A DNA stretch of 63,852 bases, the filler included, from Octopus bimaculoides (taxonomy: Eukaryota), in assembly GCF_001194135.2 (NCBI RefSeq). It is 8 parts of 8 records of this genome, joined end to end, with 100 filler letters (N's around TTAATTAATTAA, not from the genome) between each part and the next. Parts side by side here need not be neighbours in the genome. Positions count along the whole stretch, not along the records: positions 11,753 to 37,245 come from NC_068989.1; positions 37,346 to 48,637 come from NC_069010.1; 6 more parts are not named here. The stretch is one strand, 5' to 3'. Under the pieces are notes generated by a model. It saw nothing but the letters and a program-made list of their open reading frames with translations, had not been told where the DNA came from and did not search any database. Below, piece by piece: positions 26,401 through 40,072 of this stretch (positions are counted from its first letter, which is position 1; each line of letters begins with the position of its first letter). The position numbers and the translations under genes are program-made.

Positions 26401-27407
26401 GTCCACCCCAAACACATCTAAAACGAACAACAATTTATTTTGTCACCGCTGCTGTGTTATGTCTTTGGCCAAAGTAATTAGCTGTTAAGGAATTCACCTT
26501 TCCTTCCTTGATCAAGTCAATGAATGACACTAGTGACTACTAAGCACTATGAGCTTGTTTTATGAGAGAATAAAAAAGAGGTTTGATATTGCTTTCTTTC
26601 GTGTGTTTACTTTTCTGAGACGATATCAACTTGTTAGCTATAAGTAATTCTGGGAGAAAGAGGGAAAGAGAACGAGAGATAAAGCGGGATAGAGAGAGAG
26701 ATGGGGATAGAAACTATACTGGTGCATCATCTAACAATGTTAAAAACGCTGAAAGTGAAAGATATCTTAGATGAGATCTGAACCCAGGGCCCAGTGATCA
26801 AAAAAACAAAAAAAAAAAAATTACGCAAATAAGCCTAGGCGAGATTCTGATATCGAACTCTACAAGTTTGTTCCCACCGTATTTTACTAACATTTATGTG
26901 ATTACAGCAGGCTAATGTAATTATCAGCAGTTAACAAAGGAACAATTTATTTTTGCTAAAGTTGGATTCTCATTGTAGATGCGATTTCTTCGAGAGAGAG
27001 AATACGATATTTCTGAATGAATCGGCAAAATATCTTCACAAAACAAATAACTCTGTATTTCCACGGCAAGGGAAGTTTTCATCTGCAAGTGAAGTACTTG
27101 GGTACCACGCTAATTGTTCACGTATGGAGTGGGACTTAATAAAACAAGCATTATACTGTTTAGGCCAACGTAGAAGACATAACGTCATCGTTCGACCTTC
27201 TTAGAGTAACACCTCATCTCAATCAAGTAATGGAGAGAAGGTTTGGACATTGTAGTGTTATATATATATATACATATATATATATATTTATATATACATA
27301 TACATATATACATATATATATATATATACATATATATATACATATTTATATACATATATATATATACATATATATATACATATATATATATACATATTTA
27401 TATACAA

Positions 27408-27465
<58 letters not shown>

Positions 27466-29336
27466 ATACATATATATAATCCTTAACTTGTTCCATTTGC
27501 CAAAAGGTTTCCTAGGCACCAGCAGGCCTCAAGAGGCATATGTGTGTCTATACTGAAAGATGCAGGAAGATCACGGCAGGAATTCTATCAATTTTGACGA
27601 AGCTCTATACGAGAGAAAATAGATAGTTTCAATTTTGTATCAAAATTACGAAGGAATCCCTTTCGATATGAAGTCAGATAAACATCCTACGAATGTTCAG
27701 TTCACTGCTTTAAGAAATTGAGGTAATAAATCGTCGGATTGTTTTGGGTTCTTAAGAGCCAGCTATGTTTCTGTCTTACCCAACGAGCATGTAACAATGA
27801 AGGTGGTATGAATCAGAGAAAAAGTGTATATGCTATTCAAACTGACAAACGCAACACTTACATACACACCGTATTATCATTATATAAATTATTCGCATTT
27901 GTTTCTAGTTCTTTATTTAATGGACTGCGACAAAGCTGGCATTTGATCGTATATGATTTTAGCTGTTTATATCTACCCTACTTCATTGTCAGCTACACAA
28001 ATTTTCAACGTTTTAGGAAAACTAAAGTGAAATTATTACTGCGTAAAAGGGAGGCAATCTATACCGGACTTAATAGAGTTAGTCATGTTGGTTCAGCTGA
28101 ATTTGTTTGCCATAGAAAGATTATACACACAAACTCGCACACGCACACACCGCGCGCGGCGCGCACACACACAAATACGTACAAACACACGCAGGTATAA
28201 ACGCATACATATAAATACAGACATATCTATATATATACATATATGTGTGTTTGTGTGTATTGATATATATGTGTGTGTGTATGCATATATATATGTGTGT
28301 GTATGTGTATATCTATATACATATACATACATGTATATATATATATTTATAATCACATATGCATACGCACATACATACACACTCGCATATATATGTATAT
28401 ATATATACATACGGCAGAGTTCTACACCAAATTCCACTCATGCGCTATTGGTTGCAACGAGGTGGCAGTTTATCACAAAGCTATTCATGCGCTATTCATA
28501 TATAAACTAAATTCATATAAATAAAACGCATATAAATCAGTGAAAGCACGCTGATGCTTATTTTAGTTATGACGTTGCAAGCCATTGCAACATAGCTGCG
28601 GTCACCTCAACTACTCTGTACAATACAGTCTCAAATCTACTCTGTCAGTCAGACGAATGTAACAGCTGCAATTTAATCTTATAAGAACGGGCGAACGTTT
28701 GGTATGTATATGATGCTTGTTCAAGAAAAATGAATCTGTAATAACATAGTAGTTATTCATCTATACTCCAGAACAAAAAGGGGTTTCTTCTATACGAGAA
28801 ACCAGTTGTAGACATTTGCCGATCCGCTAAGTTTCAAGAATAAGAGCAAAGCAATACTGGTTGTTTGTCGGTCAGATCCAAAATAGGATAGGAAGGTCAG
28901 CGGCATTGGAAGTAGAAGCCCTAGAACTGAGACGTACATACACGCATGCATACATATAACCATGTATATATATANNNNNNNNNNNNNNNNNNNNNNNNNN
29001 NNNNNNNNNNNNNNNNNNNNNNNNNNNNNNNNNNNNNNNNNNNNNNNNNNNNNNNNNNNNNNNNNNNNNNNNNNNNNNNNNNNNNNNNNNNNNNNNNNNN
29101 NNNNNNNNNNNNNNNNNNNNNNNNNNNNNNNNNNNNNNNNNNNNNNNNNNNNNNNNNNNNNNNNNNNNNNNNNNNNNNNNNNNNNNNNNNNNNNNNNNNN
29201 NNNNNNNNNNNNNNNNNNNNNNNNNNNNNNNNNNNNNNNNNNNNNNNNNNNNNNNNNNNNNNNNNNNNNNNNNNNNNNNNNNNNNNNNNNNNNNNNNNNN
29301 NNNNATTTCAGATCCGACAACTGTTTCGTTGAGTTA

Positions 29337-29565
29337 CGCAAGAATATCCTTTTCAACTCTAGGCACAAGGCTCGAAATGTTTGCGGGAGGGGGGGGCAGT
29401 GGATTAGATCATCCATAATACGCAACTGGTATTTAATTTATCGACCCCGAAATGATAAAACGCATAGTCGACTTCAGCAGAATTTGAACTCATGACGTAA
29501 AAACAGAAGAAATACCGATAACCATTTTGTCCGGTGTGCTAACATTTCTGCCAGCTCCCCGCCTT
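29337..29565 (-). mobile_element. SINE family B copy
   Basis: Reverse complement of the family B body and head (aatttgaactcatgacg...ctgccagctccccgcc). Confidence 0.8.
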
Positions 29566-31628
29566 GTGAAAGTAGATATCTCTATGCTTATATATATGAC
29601 TGTCTATTTTCTAAATAACTTCAGGTTCTGTTTCTCTTTTATTTCGCTTTTATAGTTTTCCTTGTAGTTCCTGTTATTAGAGTGCACTCATGCTGGAGAA
29701 CTACCTTGAAAAGAATTTGAGTGCAACGATAGACTACACTGTTAAGACCACTCACACCACTTTACTCAAGCCAAAATAAATCTAGATTATTTTGCACACC
29801 GACAACACAGTCGCTTTTTACAGCTATTTTCATTCATGTAAATTGTTAGAAGTGTACAATTTATTTTGTTTGTAACTAAATGACTTGAAGAAGAATGAAA
29901 TATTGTGTTTTATAATTATACTGCGAAAAGAGATGGAAACGAGAATAAACTGTGGCTGAGAGTTAGCAGCGCTGTGAGTGGAAGTGAGCTATATTTTATT
30001 GTTATTTGAATCTGCTTAATTTAATAAGAAACAATGAATCCCATTGGAAGCTGTGTGGAAAAAAATATTTTGAAGAGAGGCAAGAATTAATGGCTAATGT
30101 AACTGTGTTAATGAGAAAATACAAATGACTAGTTGCGATATGACGAAGTTAAAATATAATAAACGCGTAACCCAGTCCCCCACTTCATCTGTCTATATTG
30201 TTTTGTGTGTTGTTTGTTGTAACATTCGATTTTCGATTTTATTATATTTTTAATTGTTTCATATTTTTGTAACCCCATACGTTTTATCTGACCCCAATCA
30301 GATTGTTTGTCCCTTTCTTTGTTTGGCCCCTAGTGGGTAATAAGGAGATATAAAATATAATAGACGCGGATTAAATTGTGAAATTCTGGAGAACCCAGAT
30401 AAGAAAGAAAAGTAAAATGCATTAGTTTCTATGTTTATGGTATTACATAGCTATTTACATGGTCCTAACACTCTGTAATGCATTTAACAGCTTATTATTT
30501 ATTTATTTTTTTTGCTTAGCAGGTGAGCAATTAAAAAGACCTGTTAATGATATGTAAATATTCTTCATATATATTTTATTCTTTTTAATTGCCTTATGAG
30601 ATATTCTATTAAATATTTATTTATGCATATATTCATATTTTATGTTTATATGTAGGTAAAATGGTGGAGCATGGGAGTATATAAATAAATCTATCTTGGG
30701 AGTAAAATTAGAGATTTGTAAGAGGGAGGCGGTTGAGGGAGAAGAAAGCAGTTATATAAGTGCTATGTGAATTTGAGGTATTGTAACAAAAAATCTAGGA
30801 ATTCATTTGCTTATTTAATGATACTTGCTAATGGCTCATTTAATTATGATTATCATTAGAGACAGGTGGAGAAATTCCTAGCTAGAGAAATTAAACATAA
30901 ACAATTGTGAGTGTTCGAAGTATAATTAATGCGTTGATTTCAAACAAGTTGTAAGAGTTACTGAAATGTTTATGTAATTGAGATTCTATCGAATACATGA
31001 ATAAGTGAAATAGTGTATGCTTATTATTCGTGGCAATGGCAGAACGACTGTTTTTAGTATAGACACACAAACACACATACACACACACGCCCCCCCCCAC
31101 ACACACACACTTACAGATAGATAGATAGATAGATAGATATATAGATTGGTATACATATGTAATTTCGACAGTCGTTTTGTCATCGCATCATCGGCACACA
31201 CATATATATATATATATATATAAATTGTAAATCCAAAAGAAAAAATAACAACAAAACTACAAAGGATTCCGCGGTACACGTGTTTCAAGCTCTACATGTG
31301 TATAATATAATATAACATAATATAATATAACATAATATAATATGTGTATAATCTACAATGTAAAGCTATCTTCAGCCGCAGTTCCTTCTGGATGCATGCC
31401 TGACTCATAAGGGCCGGTTTCTCGGTTTCATTGGAGTATAGCTTCCCCACCTAACGAGGAAAGAGTGCAAGTAAGTTGTGGCGAAATATTGAGCATAAGT
31501 TGCCATTATCTTCTGCCAGGGCCGCGTGGAGCTTAGGTATTTCGCTCATAACCACGCACATCGCCCGGTCTGAGATTCGAACCCGCGAGCACTAACCACT
31601 AGGCCAGGAGGCTGTGCTTTTCTTTCTT

Positions 31629-31670
<42 letters not shown>

Positions 31671-32417
31671 AATTGGCTATCATCACCACGTACAACGGCA
31701 ATCGGATATTCGTGTTCGAATCAGCCACAATGCATTGAGAATGGACAGCTGAGTTATAGAATAATCCAATTATATTTCTAATTTAATTAACCAGTCTGGA
31801 ATGTTACGTCTGAAACGGGTGGTTACTTATAAAGGACAAAATTCGCTAGTTTTCCAGTAAATGTGTCGTTGAAAAATAAAACATCAACCTCTTCATAAAT
31901 CTATTCTCCTTTAATAGCGTATGTAAATGTGCCTTGTAGTAGGACCCATGTGTTGGAATTTTAAAGACTGGTGGAATTCGTTCTTCCAACCGCAGCCATT
32001 TTTCTTCGAAGATGAGACAGGTAGACATATAGGAAAAAAAAGGAAGAGAAAAGTCAATGAGACGACTAATATTATACTGATTGACCCCGTACGTATAAAC
32101 GGAAAAAGTTTGTGTCAGCACTATTTAATCTCGGAAAACGCAGACATGGAAAGAAGAGTGGAACACCTATTTAACGCTCTAGTAATTAAACCAATTTGCT
32201 GCCTTATGTAAATATAAGTTAACTGTAAAATAGTGTGATATGTAGCGTTCATTAACTAAGAGCTCTCGTCTACACAACTGCCAAATTATGTGCAACTGTT
32301 GGCGCCAAAAACAAATTAGTTTGTTAGTGCTTCTCATATTGAATGGCAACAAGTGTGCGAGTTGGAATGCTTAATGGCTATTATTGGTACTGTTGTTGTG
32401 GTTGCTAAATATGACAA

Positions 32418-32467
<50 letters not shown>

Positions 32468-33489
32468 TCGTGTCTATATCAAATTTTTCCGTACTAATTC
32501 TGAAATCATGCAGGTGTTTTTGAAACAAAATAGACATAAAGTTATTTGTGGCTTATACATTATTCTGTTTTAATAATCAGCTCGCTAATTTCGGTAATTT
32601 TGGCATTGATATTATGTAAAACTCTAAAATACTTTTGAAAGATTGAAAATAGTAATTAACACAATTTCAAGAAAATTTCGTCCGACAGAAGTCATGACAT
32701 TATAGCCTGTACCGGAATTATAAATTTAGTTCATAATAGATAGAAACTCTGAAAGAATTTAGGTACCAACGTGAAAACTCCCACAATAATAGCAAAACAA
32801 ATATGCGATCGAATGGATTTCTACCTTCACTGTTATTACTAATATATCGCCTAATATTGCTCACTTTTAATGCATATTAGATTACAAAAGAGCGGTTCTA
32901 ATTATACGCTGTAACTATGCACTTACTACCATAGCTCTCTATATACAAGGCATTTAATATCATTATAAACAAATAAACACAGAGATATGTATGTGATTGT
33001 CTGTACATATATGTGTGTGCGCGTGAGTGTGTGTATATTGGTTTATATTCTTTTCTATTCTAGACACAAGGGCGGAAATTTTTGGGAAGGAGGCCAGTCG
33101 ATTAGATCGACAGCAGTACGCAGCTGGTACTTAATTTATCGATCCCGGGAGGATGACAGGCAAAGTCGACCTCAGAGGAATTTGAACTCAGAACATAAAG
33201 AACGACGAAATACCGATTTCTTTATTATCCCAAAAAGGCTATACAATGAGTTTTTATAGGACATCACAAAACATAAAGACCGTAGAAAACGCAACAAACA
33301 TAAAATCGGGGAACTAAAAATTACAAAAGCGAATGATAATAGTAGAAGAAAAATTGAAATAAAATGATAATATGCAAGAATGAAAAAATGAGACGCAATG
33401 TCCATTCGACCCCCGAAGTCGGATGGTTACGTTTATCCAGTTTTTCACTTTTACTTAAACATCATGTATACATTTTAACAGTTTTGCAA

Positions 33490-34870
33490 CTAAAAAAATT
33501 GAAATACTCCCGTTATTTTTCTCCCATTAATCACTGTTACTTCCGTCTTTATCAACTGTAAATAATTAGTTTTGTGGGGTGGTGTCTCCACCAACCAAAC
33601 CCGTTTCTTTGTTACATTTTCACCAAGTTCTTTTATGTACTCCCAGTAGTTTTCCTCATGTATTAAAATGCATTTCTCAACACAGGTTTCCGGCATCTTC
33701 ACACTTTTTATTTCCTCCAACATCTCGACTTTTCTCTCCATCTGCTCGTTCTTCTCATATTTTATCAAAAACCCCCCTGTATTTAACATCTTTATGCGTT
33801 CTCTCCTCCTCTTCTTGTACATTATTAGTTTCTGGGTTTCCCATCTCTTTTTTATTTTCTGTTGACCGTTACGTTGACTTATTTTTCTTTCGCTTTTTAG
33901 GGTTAGTAGCCCCATTTTCGTTCTTCTCCTTTGTTTCCTCTCTCTTTCATTTCCTCACTGTGGTCTACAATGTTTTCCTCCTCTGCTTGTGTTTTCTCTT
34001 GCTGTGGCTGTGTGAACTCATATAGGGGCCATTTGGTCTTCATACGACCTCTCTTTCCGCATATGTAACAATTTCCCTCGACCACGACATATCTCGTCCT
34101 CCACTTCTATCTGGTAGGAAATTATTTGTATGTCCTCGAAAGTGGCGAAAAGTCACATTTCCAGTCCAAATCCCCAACAGTTGCGCACTTTTGTTTCCGC
34201 CACTGGTCCCAATTCTGGATCTTCCTTGATTGCAGTCAGAACTGTTGCAACCAAACACTCCGGTTTAATTTCTGGTGCCCTCTCGGAATTCTTATTCTCA
34301 CACTTTTCGTCCTCTATAACTTGGTAGTAGTGCTATTTTTGTGTTTTTTTTAAATGTTGGTCGCATGTTTGGTTGCCTCTTCTATGGTGGCGAACCTCAC
34401 CCCTTCCTCTGTCAATGTGCGTGGCTTCATTCACAATTTCACCCAGGCACTCCTCGATTTCCTCTTCTGTCACCATTTTAATTTTACAGGTTTCGACAGC
34501 CTGTGTACGATTCACAACTGTCCTCAGAATTTTATCTTCCTTAGTCTCTTTTGGGGTGGGGGACAATTTGTATGAGTCTCCCTCTACCTCTATCAAATTC
34601 CTGCTTCTGCTCACCTCCTCCATATCCAGCCCCATCAATTTGGTTTCCAGCGCTACTGGACTCTTTGCCGCAGCAGCCCTGGAGTAGCTCTCCATACTGG
34701 AGACATTACCGCTCGCCACAGCTGGCGAAAAATGCAGCGGCTCGCATGAAACCTTACAAAAATAAATTCCACAAAATCACAATTATTCACAGAGACAACT
34801 CACAGTAATTCACACAGTTTTCAGAGGGTAACACCGTAGTATTCACAATAATTCACCAATTTCATATGAC
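33490..34870 (-). mobile_element. Decayed gag/ORF1-like retroelement remnant with one degenerate CCHC knuckle
   Basis: Consecutive broken minus-strand ORFs (34333-34719, 33903-34085, 33490-33915), including CYICGKRGRMKTKWP and a charged E/K-rich tail. No RT is visible nearby. Confidence 0.55.
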
Positions 34871-35273
34871 ACGAGATAATTCACAGAGACGAAATACGCC
34901 CGGCGTACTAATATTTCTGTCAGATCGCCAACTTCATGCGTTGGTGTATATTGGTGAATAAACACATGATTCAGTGTTTACACGACATTTCCTTGCTATT
35001 TTTCCCACTTATGGCAGAAGTGCTTCATATTTTATTGCAAGCTTCAGCTTTTGCAATTTCTGAAGCTTTGGCTTAGAAAAAAATAATCTTATTTATTGTA
35101 CGTATTTAACTTGGAAATATAGTAAAACGCAGACATTCATGTATCTGTGTTTACACACACATACACGCACACACACACACACACTCATACATATATGTAC
35201 ATATGTGTGTGCAAATATATGTATATATATGTATGTGTGTGTATATATATATATACAAATATATATATTTGTA

Positions 35274-35312
<39 letters not shown>

Positions 35313-35667
35313 GGTGGGTGTTACATGATCAACTTCTTTCACTGAATGTCGTTTAACGTATTCTAATGTTTTTCTTGAGACTTGACACAAATATGTTGAT
35401 AGAAATATTTTCACACAATTTAATCAGATGGTATTTCGGCGAAGGGAGATTCAAAAGGAAGCCATTTCAAATTTTTCATAAGATTTCGTGTACAAACGCA
35501 GACATAGGCACACACGTAAATACACAAGCCAGCACATGCATACACATGAATATATATATACATACATAAATCCATACATAAATCCATACATACACCTATA
35601 CATGCATATATATATAGATTTATACATATACGTACACCTCACACACACACACACACGCACACACACA

Positions 35668-35713
<46 letters not shown>

Positions 35714-37642
35714 NNNNNNNNNNNNNNNNNNNNNNNNNNNNNNNNNNNNNNNNNNNNNNNNNNNNNNNNNNNNNNNNNNNNNNNNNNNNNNNNNNNNNNN
35801 NNNNNNNNNNNNNNNNNNNNNNNNNNNNNNNNNNNNNNNNNNNNNNNNNNNNNNNNNNNNNNNNNNNNNNNNNNNNNNNNNNNNNNNNNNNNNNNNNNNN
35901 NNNNNNNNNNNNNNNNNNNNNNNNNNNNNNNNNNNNNNNNNNNNNNNNNNNNNNNNNNNNNNNNNNNNNNNNNNNNNNNNNNNNNNNNNNNNNNNNNNNN
36001 NNNNNNNNNNNNNNNNNNNNNNNNNNNNNNNNNNNNNNNNNNNNNNNNNNNNNNNNNNNNNNNNNNNNNNNNNNNNNNNNNNNNNNNNNNNNNNNNNNNN
36101 NNNNNNNNNNNNNNNNNNNNNNNNNNNNATATACATAAACCCACGCACAAACACACACACACATTCTAAGATTCGATTTCAAGATAAATGTCTTGTTGTT
36201 ATAACTGTCTAAGCTACACCAAATTATCTTTTCTTGTCGTATCTAACACATTTCCAGACGAGTTGATTGTTATAATTATTTCGGTTAGACAAAATTTCAT
36301 TTGAGTCTTGGAATTTTGAATAACCAATTAAAATGTTGTATCTTACTTTGATCACAAATTCTGAAATTTGTAAGATTTATAAGTTCAGTAAAACTTTTAT
36401 AGATTCAGGTCCTATAGTCCATCAAATCTATGATGTGTAGTCTTGCTATATATGTATAATAAATATTAGTTTCTAATTAAGAAACCTGAAGAATTAGTGG
36501 CGCCAGGTGAATCTGAAAAACAGTGATCTTAATGTGTTTTTAAAGGTGTTATCAATGTAATCAAGTTTAATTACTTATAAATGAGAAATGAATCTTTGTA
36601 GTTGATTTGACTTCCATAAAATTCAACTCCTCACTTTTAAGAAGTTGCCGCATGTCTTAGCGTCGAGTGAGGTGGAGTGCGGTGGGTGTGAAATGTATCC
36701 TATTTCAATTGAATTCAACACATTTTATGGCTGACAGGTTTTTAATAACAGCTGTACTTTTTTATTCAACGAACGACCAATGGGCTCAAACACAAATAAA
36801 TAATTCAAACCACTTACATCAAGGGTCATGAAAAGTGGGACACATATTCAATTTCATCAAGTGTTTTCTAAGTTCAAGCTTATATTAAAAAATGAGCTAT
36901 GATTTTAGAAGCTTTGTAAATTATGATCTAGGTGCCGAGTAGCTTTTACTACCATTAGCCAGCTTACGGTAAGCTGCACTTATATTACATCCATCATGTT
37001 GGTTCAAAATAAAATAACACGTTGGACAAGAAACATCTGCATCTATTTAACATTAAAGATTGTATGGAGTATGGTGCGTAGAATTTGTAAGAACTGAGTA
37101 ATAATTGAAGCATAACACTAGAAAAACCAAGTTTGTCATAACTGTCTCTCCGTCGATTAAGAAGACAAATGTTCCAGTTGATATGGCCAACGGAGCAGCC
37201 GGCTAGTGAAATTAACGTGCAAGTGACTGAGTACTCCACAGACACNNNNNNNNNNNNNNNNNNNNNNNNNNNNNNNNNNNNNNNNNNNNTTAATTAATTA
37301 ANNNNNNNNNNNNNNNNNNNNNNNNNNNNNNNNNNNNNNNNNNNNCATTGGCGTACAGGTTCCCCACCTGGACGAGACGCCGGTCCGTCGCAAGTGAGCT
37401 GCTAGATGCAGGAGGAAAGAGTGAAAGTTGTGGCAAAAAAGTCAGCAGAAGTTCACCATTACCTTTCTGCCAGAGCCGCATGAAGCTTACGTGTTTCACT
37501 CATAAACACACACATATCGCCTGGTCTGAGATTCGAAACTACAACCCCTCAACTGTGAGTAAACCTCAAAATAAAAACAAAAATCAAGTAATTCTAAAAA
37601 AAAATTTTGAAAGAAAACCATGGAATATAAATCTTTTCGTAC

Positions 37643-37769
37643 CTGTAATGCCAACCAAAGAGCTGTTTGGCTATCAGCATTCTTTAATTCTAGGTTCAAG
37701 CATCCATGCTTCAGAAGAACATCGAATACAGCTCGGTTTCTATTATAAACAGCTCGATGCAAGGGAGTG
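37643..37769 (-). CDS. ANKFY1: ANKFY1 exon 6 (ankyrin repeats), last exon visible in the window
   Basis: ctcttcattag|C...TTACAG|GTACGA, 127 nt, phase 2 in and phase 0 out. Encodes STPLHRAVYNRNRAVFDVLLKHGCLNLELKNADSQTALWLALQ. Confidence 0.93.
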
Positions 37770-37952
37770 CTAATGAAGAGTAAAAGGCATAAAGAGGAAT
37801 GGTTAGCAAAACATGCTTACAGACATTGCACAGCTGAGAAATACCACATATCAACAAAACCAACAGATGTTTTAATTAGAAAGTCAGAGTTCACCTTCAT
37901 ATGCTGTCAAGAAAACAAGTTTCATTAGACAAACCAGAACAAAGCAATAGTC

Positions 37953-38219
37953 AAAGTGGATTCCTAATATGCTAAAGATAGACATCAAATTGCCTTACCA
38001 CAAAGAGTGTGTTCTCAAGAAAAATCTCAGCAGAAATACCAGGATGCAAAATGCAAAAATGAGCAAGAGAAATGAAAATATACAAAATAAAACGATTACC
38101 TACATATCATGATTTCATTTCTGCATTCTGGCGTTTTTGCTGAGATTTTTCTTGAGAACACACTCTTCGTGGTAAGGCGATTTGACACGTCTATCTTTAG
38201 CATATTAGGAATCCACTTT
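37953..38219. mobile_element. Fold-back element (MITE-like), ~100-bp inverted arms, in ANKFY1 intron 5
   Basis: aaagtggattcctaatatgctaaagatagac...gatgcaaaatg is the near-exact reverse complement of 38117-38219. Confidence 0.8.
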
Positions 38220-38939
38220 AGTGGTCATTCCTCTCATTAATTCTAATATAATTTTTAAATTTTTGGATTTTTTTNNNNNNNNNNNNNNNNNNNNNNNNNN
38301 NNNNNNNNNNNNNNNNNNNNNNNNNNNNNNNNNNNNNNNNNNNNNNNNNNNNNNNNNNNNNNNNNNNNNNNNNNNNNNNNNNNNNNNNNNNNNNNNNNNN
38401 NNNNNNNNNNNNNNNNNNNNNNNNNNNNNNNNNNNNNNNNNNNNNNNNNNNNNNNNNNNNNNNNNNNNNNNNNNNNNNNNNNNNNNNNNNNNNNNNNNNN
38501 NNNNNNNNNNNNNNNNNNNNNNNNNNNNNNNNNNNNNNNNNNNNNNNNNNNNNNNNNNNNNNNNNNNNNNNNNNNNNNNNNNNNNNNNNNNNNNNNNNNN
38601 NNNNNNNNNNNNNNNNNNNNNNNNNNNNNNNNNNNNNNNNNNNNNNNNNNNNNNNNNNNNNNNNNNNNNNNNNNNNNNNNNNNNNNNNNNNNNNNNNNNN
38701 NNNNNNNNNNNNNNNNNNNNNNNNNNNNNNNNNNNNNNNNNNNNNNNNNNNNNNNNNNNNNNNNNNNNNNNNNNNNNNNNNNNNNNNNNNNNNNNNNNNN
38801 NNNNNNNNNNNNNNNNNNNNNNNNNNNNNNNNNNNNNNNNNNNNNNNNNNNNNNNNNNNNNNNNNNNNNNNNNNNNNNNNNNNNNNNNNNNNNNNNNNNN
38901 NNNNNNNNNNNNNNNNNNNNNNNNNNNNNNNNNNNNNNA

Positions 38940-39180
38940 TATATATATATATACACATGTATGTATGTAAATGTTTGTGTGTCTGTGTTTGTCCCCCAAC
39001 CACCATCGCTTGACAACCAATGTTGGTGTGAGTTTACATCACCATAACTTAGCGCTTCAGCAAAAGTGACTGATAGAAGAAGTACAAGGCTTACAAAAGA
39101 ATAAGTCCTGTGGTGCTCCAGCATGGCTGCACTCAAATGACTGAAACAAATGAAAGAATAAAAGAACAAAAGAAAATAAA
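38940..39180 (+). mobile_element. SINE family A 3' half in ANKFY1 intron 5
   Basis: tttgtccccc...gtgctccagcatggc...gactgaaacaaatgaaagaataaaag. It ends about 7 nt from the exon 5 donor. Confidence 0.85.
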
Positions 39181-39187
39181 AGACTAC

Positions 39188-39392
39188 CTGCCGTCTGTGG
39201 ATTGGGCATTTGGGTTGGCCCCGTTGAGTAAGAGCTCCTGGCACACCTGTGCCATTCCGTCGATGAGCTGTGAATCACTGTCTTCTGGCCGATAGGAGGC
39301 GACCATGTGTAAAGGACATTCTTGATCAAGGTGGGTTATGGCATTGATGTCAGCCTTGTTGCGAATGAGGAATATTGCTGAGAAGGAGTCAC
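39188..39392 (-). CDS. ANKFY1: ANKFY1 exon 5 (ankyrin repeats)
   Basis: tctcccacag|GT...GGCAG|GTAGTC, 205 nt, phase 1 in and phase 2 out. Encodes GDSFSAIFLIRNKADINAITHLDQECPLHMVASY...MAQVCQELLLNGANPNAQSTDG. Confidence 0.95.
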
Positions 39393-39395
39393 CTG

Positions 39396-39856
39396 TGGGA
39401 GAGAGAGAGAGAAAAAGAGAGAGGAGATGAGATGAGAGAGAGGGAGAGAGAGTGGTGAATGAGATGGGCAGAGAGAGAGAGGTAGAGAGATAGAAAGAGA
39501 GAGAGGTAGAGAGATAGAAAGAGAGAGAGGTAGAGAGATAGAAAGAGAGAGGGGAGGAGAGGTTGTGCGAGTGAGGGAGAGGGAGTGGTGAATGATAGAG
39601 GTAGAGAGATAGAAAGAGTGACAGAAAGAGAGAGGAAATGGGAGGTTGTGTAAGTGAGGGAGGGAGGGAGAGAGCGAGAGAGGTGAATGAGATGTGCAGA
39701 GAGAGAGGTAGAGAGATAGAAAGAGAGAGAGGAGGGGTTGTGTGAATGAGGGAGAGAGAGAGTGGTGAATGAGAGAGGTAGAGAGATAGGTAGAAAGAGA
39801 GACAGAAAGAGAGAGAAGCAGTGAGAGAAAGAGAAGCAATGCGAGAGAGAGAGAAG

Positions 39857-39887
<31 letters not shown>

Positions 39888-39940
39888 GAGCAGTGAGAGA
39901 GAGAGAGAAGCAGTGAGAGAGAGAGAGAGAAGCAGTGAGA
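39396..39940. repeat. Compound (GA)-rich minisatellite filling most of ANKFY1 intron 4
   Basis: Recurrent gagagaggtagagagatagaaa and gagagagaagcagtga units. Confidence 0.85.
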
Positions 39941-40072
39941 TATAGATATGTTTAATTTTTATATGTTAGGAAGTTCTTAAATTTGTTGATGGCAATTGCA
40001 TTCAGCATTGTTTCATTCTTTTTAGAAATCATCAGCATGAATAAAGAAACAAACAAACAGTGAGATAGTTAC

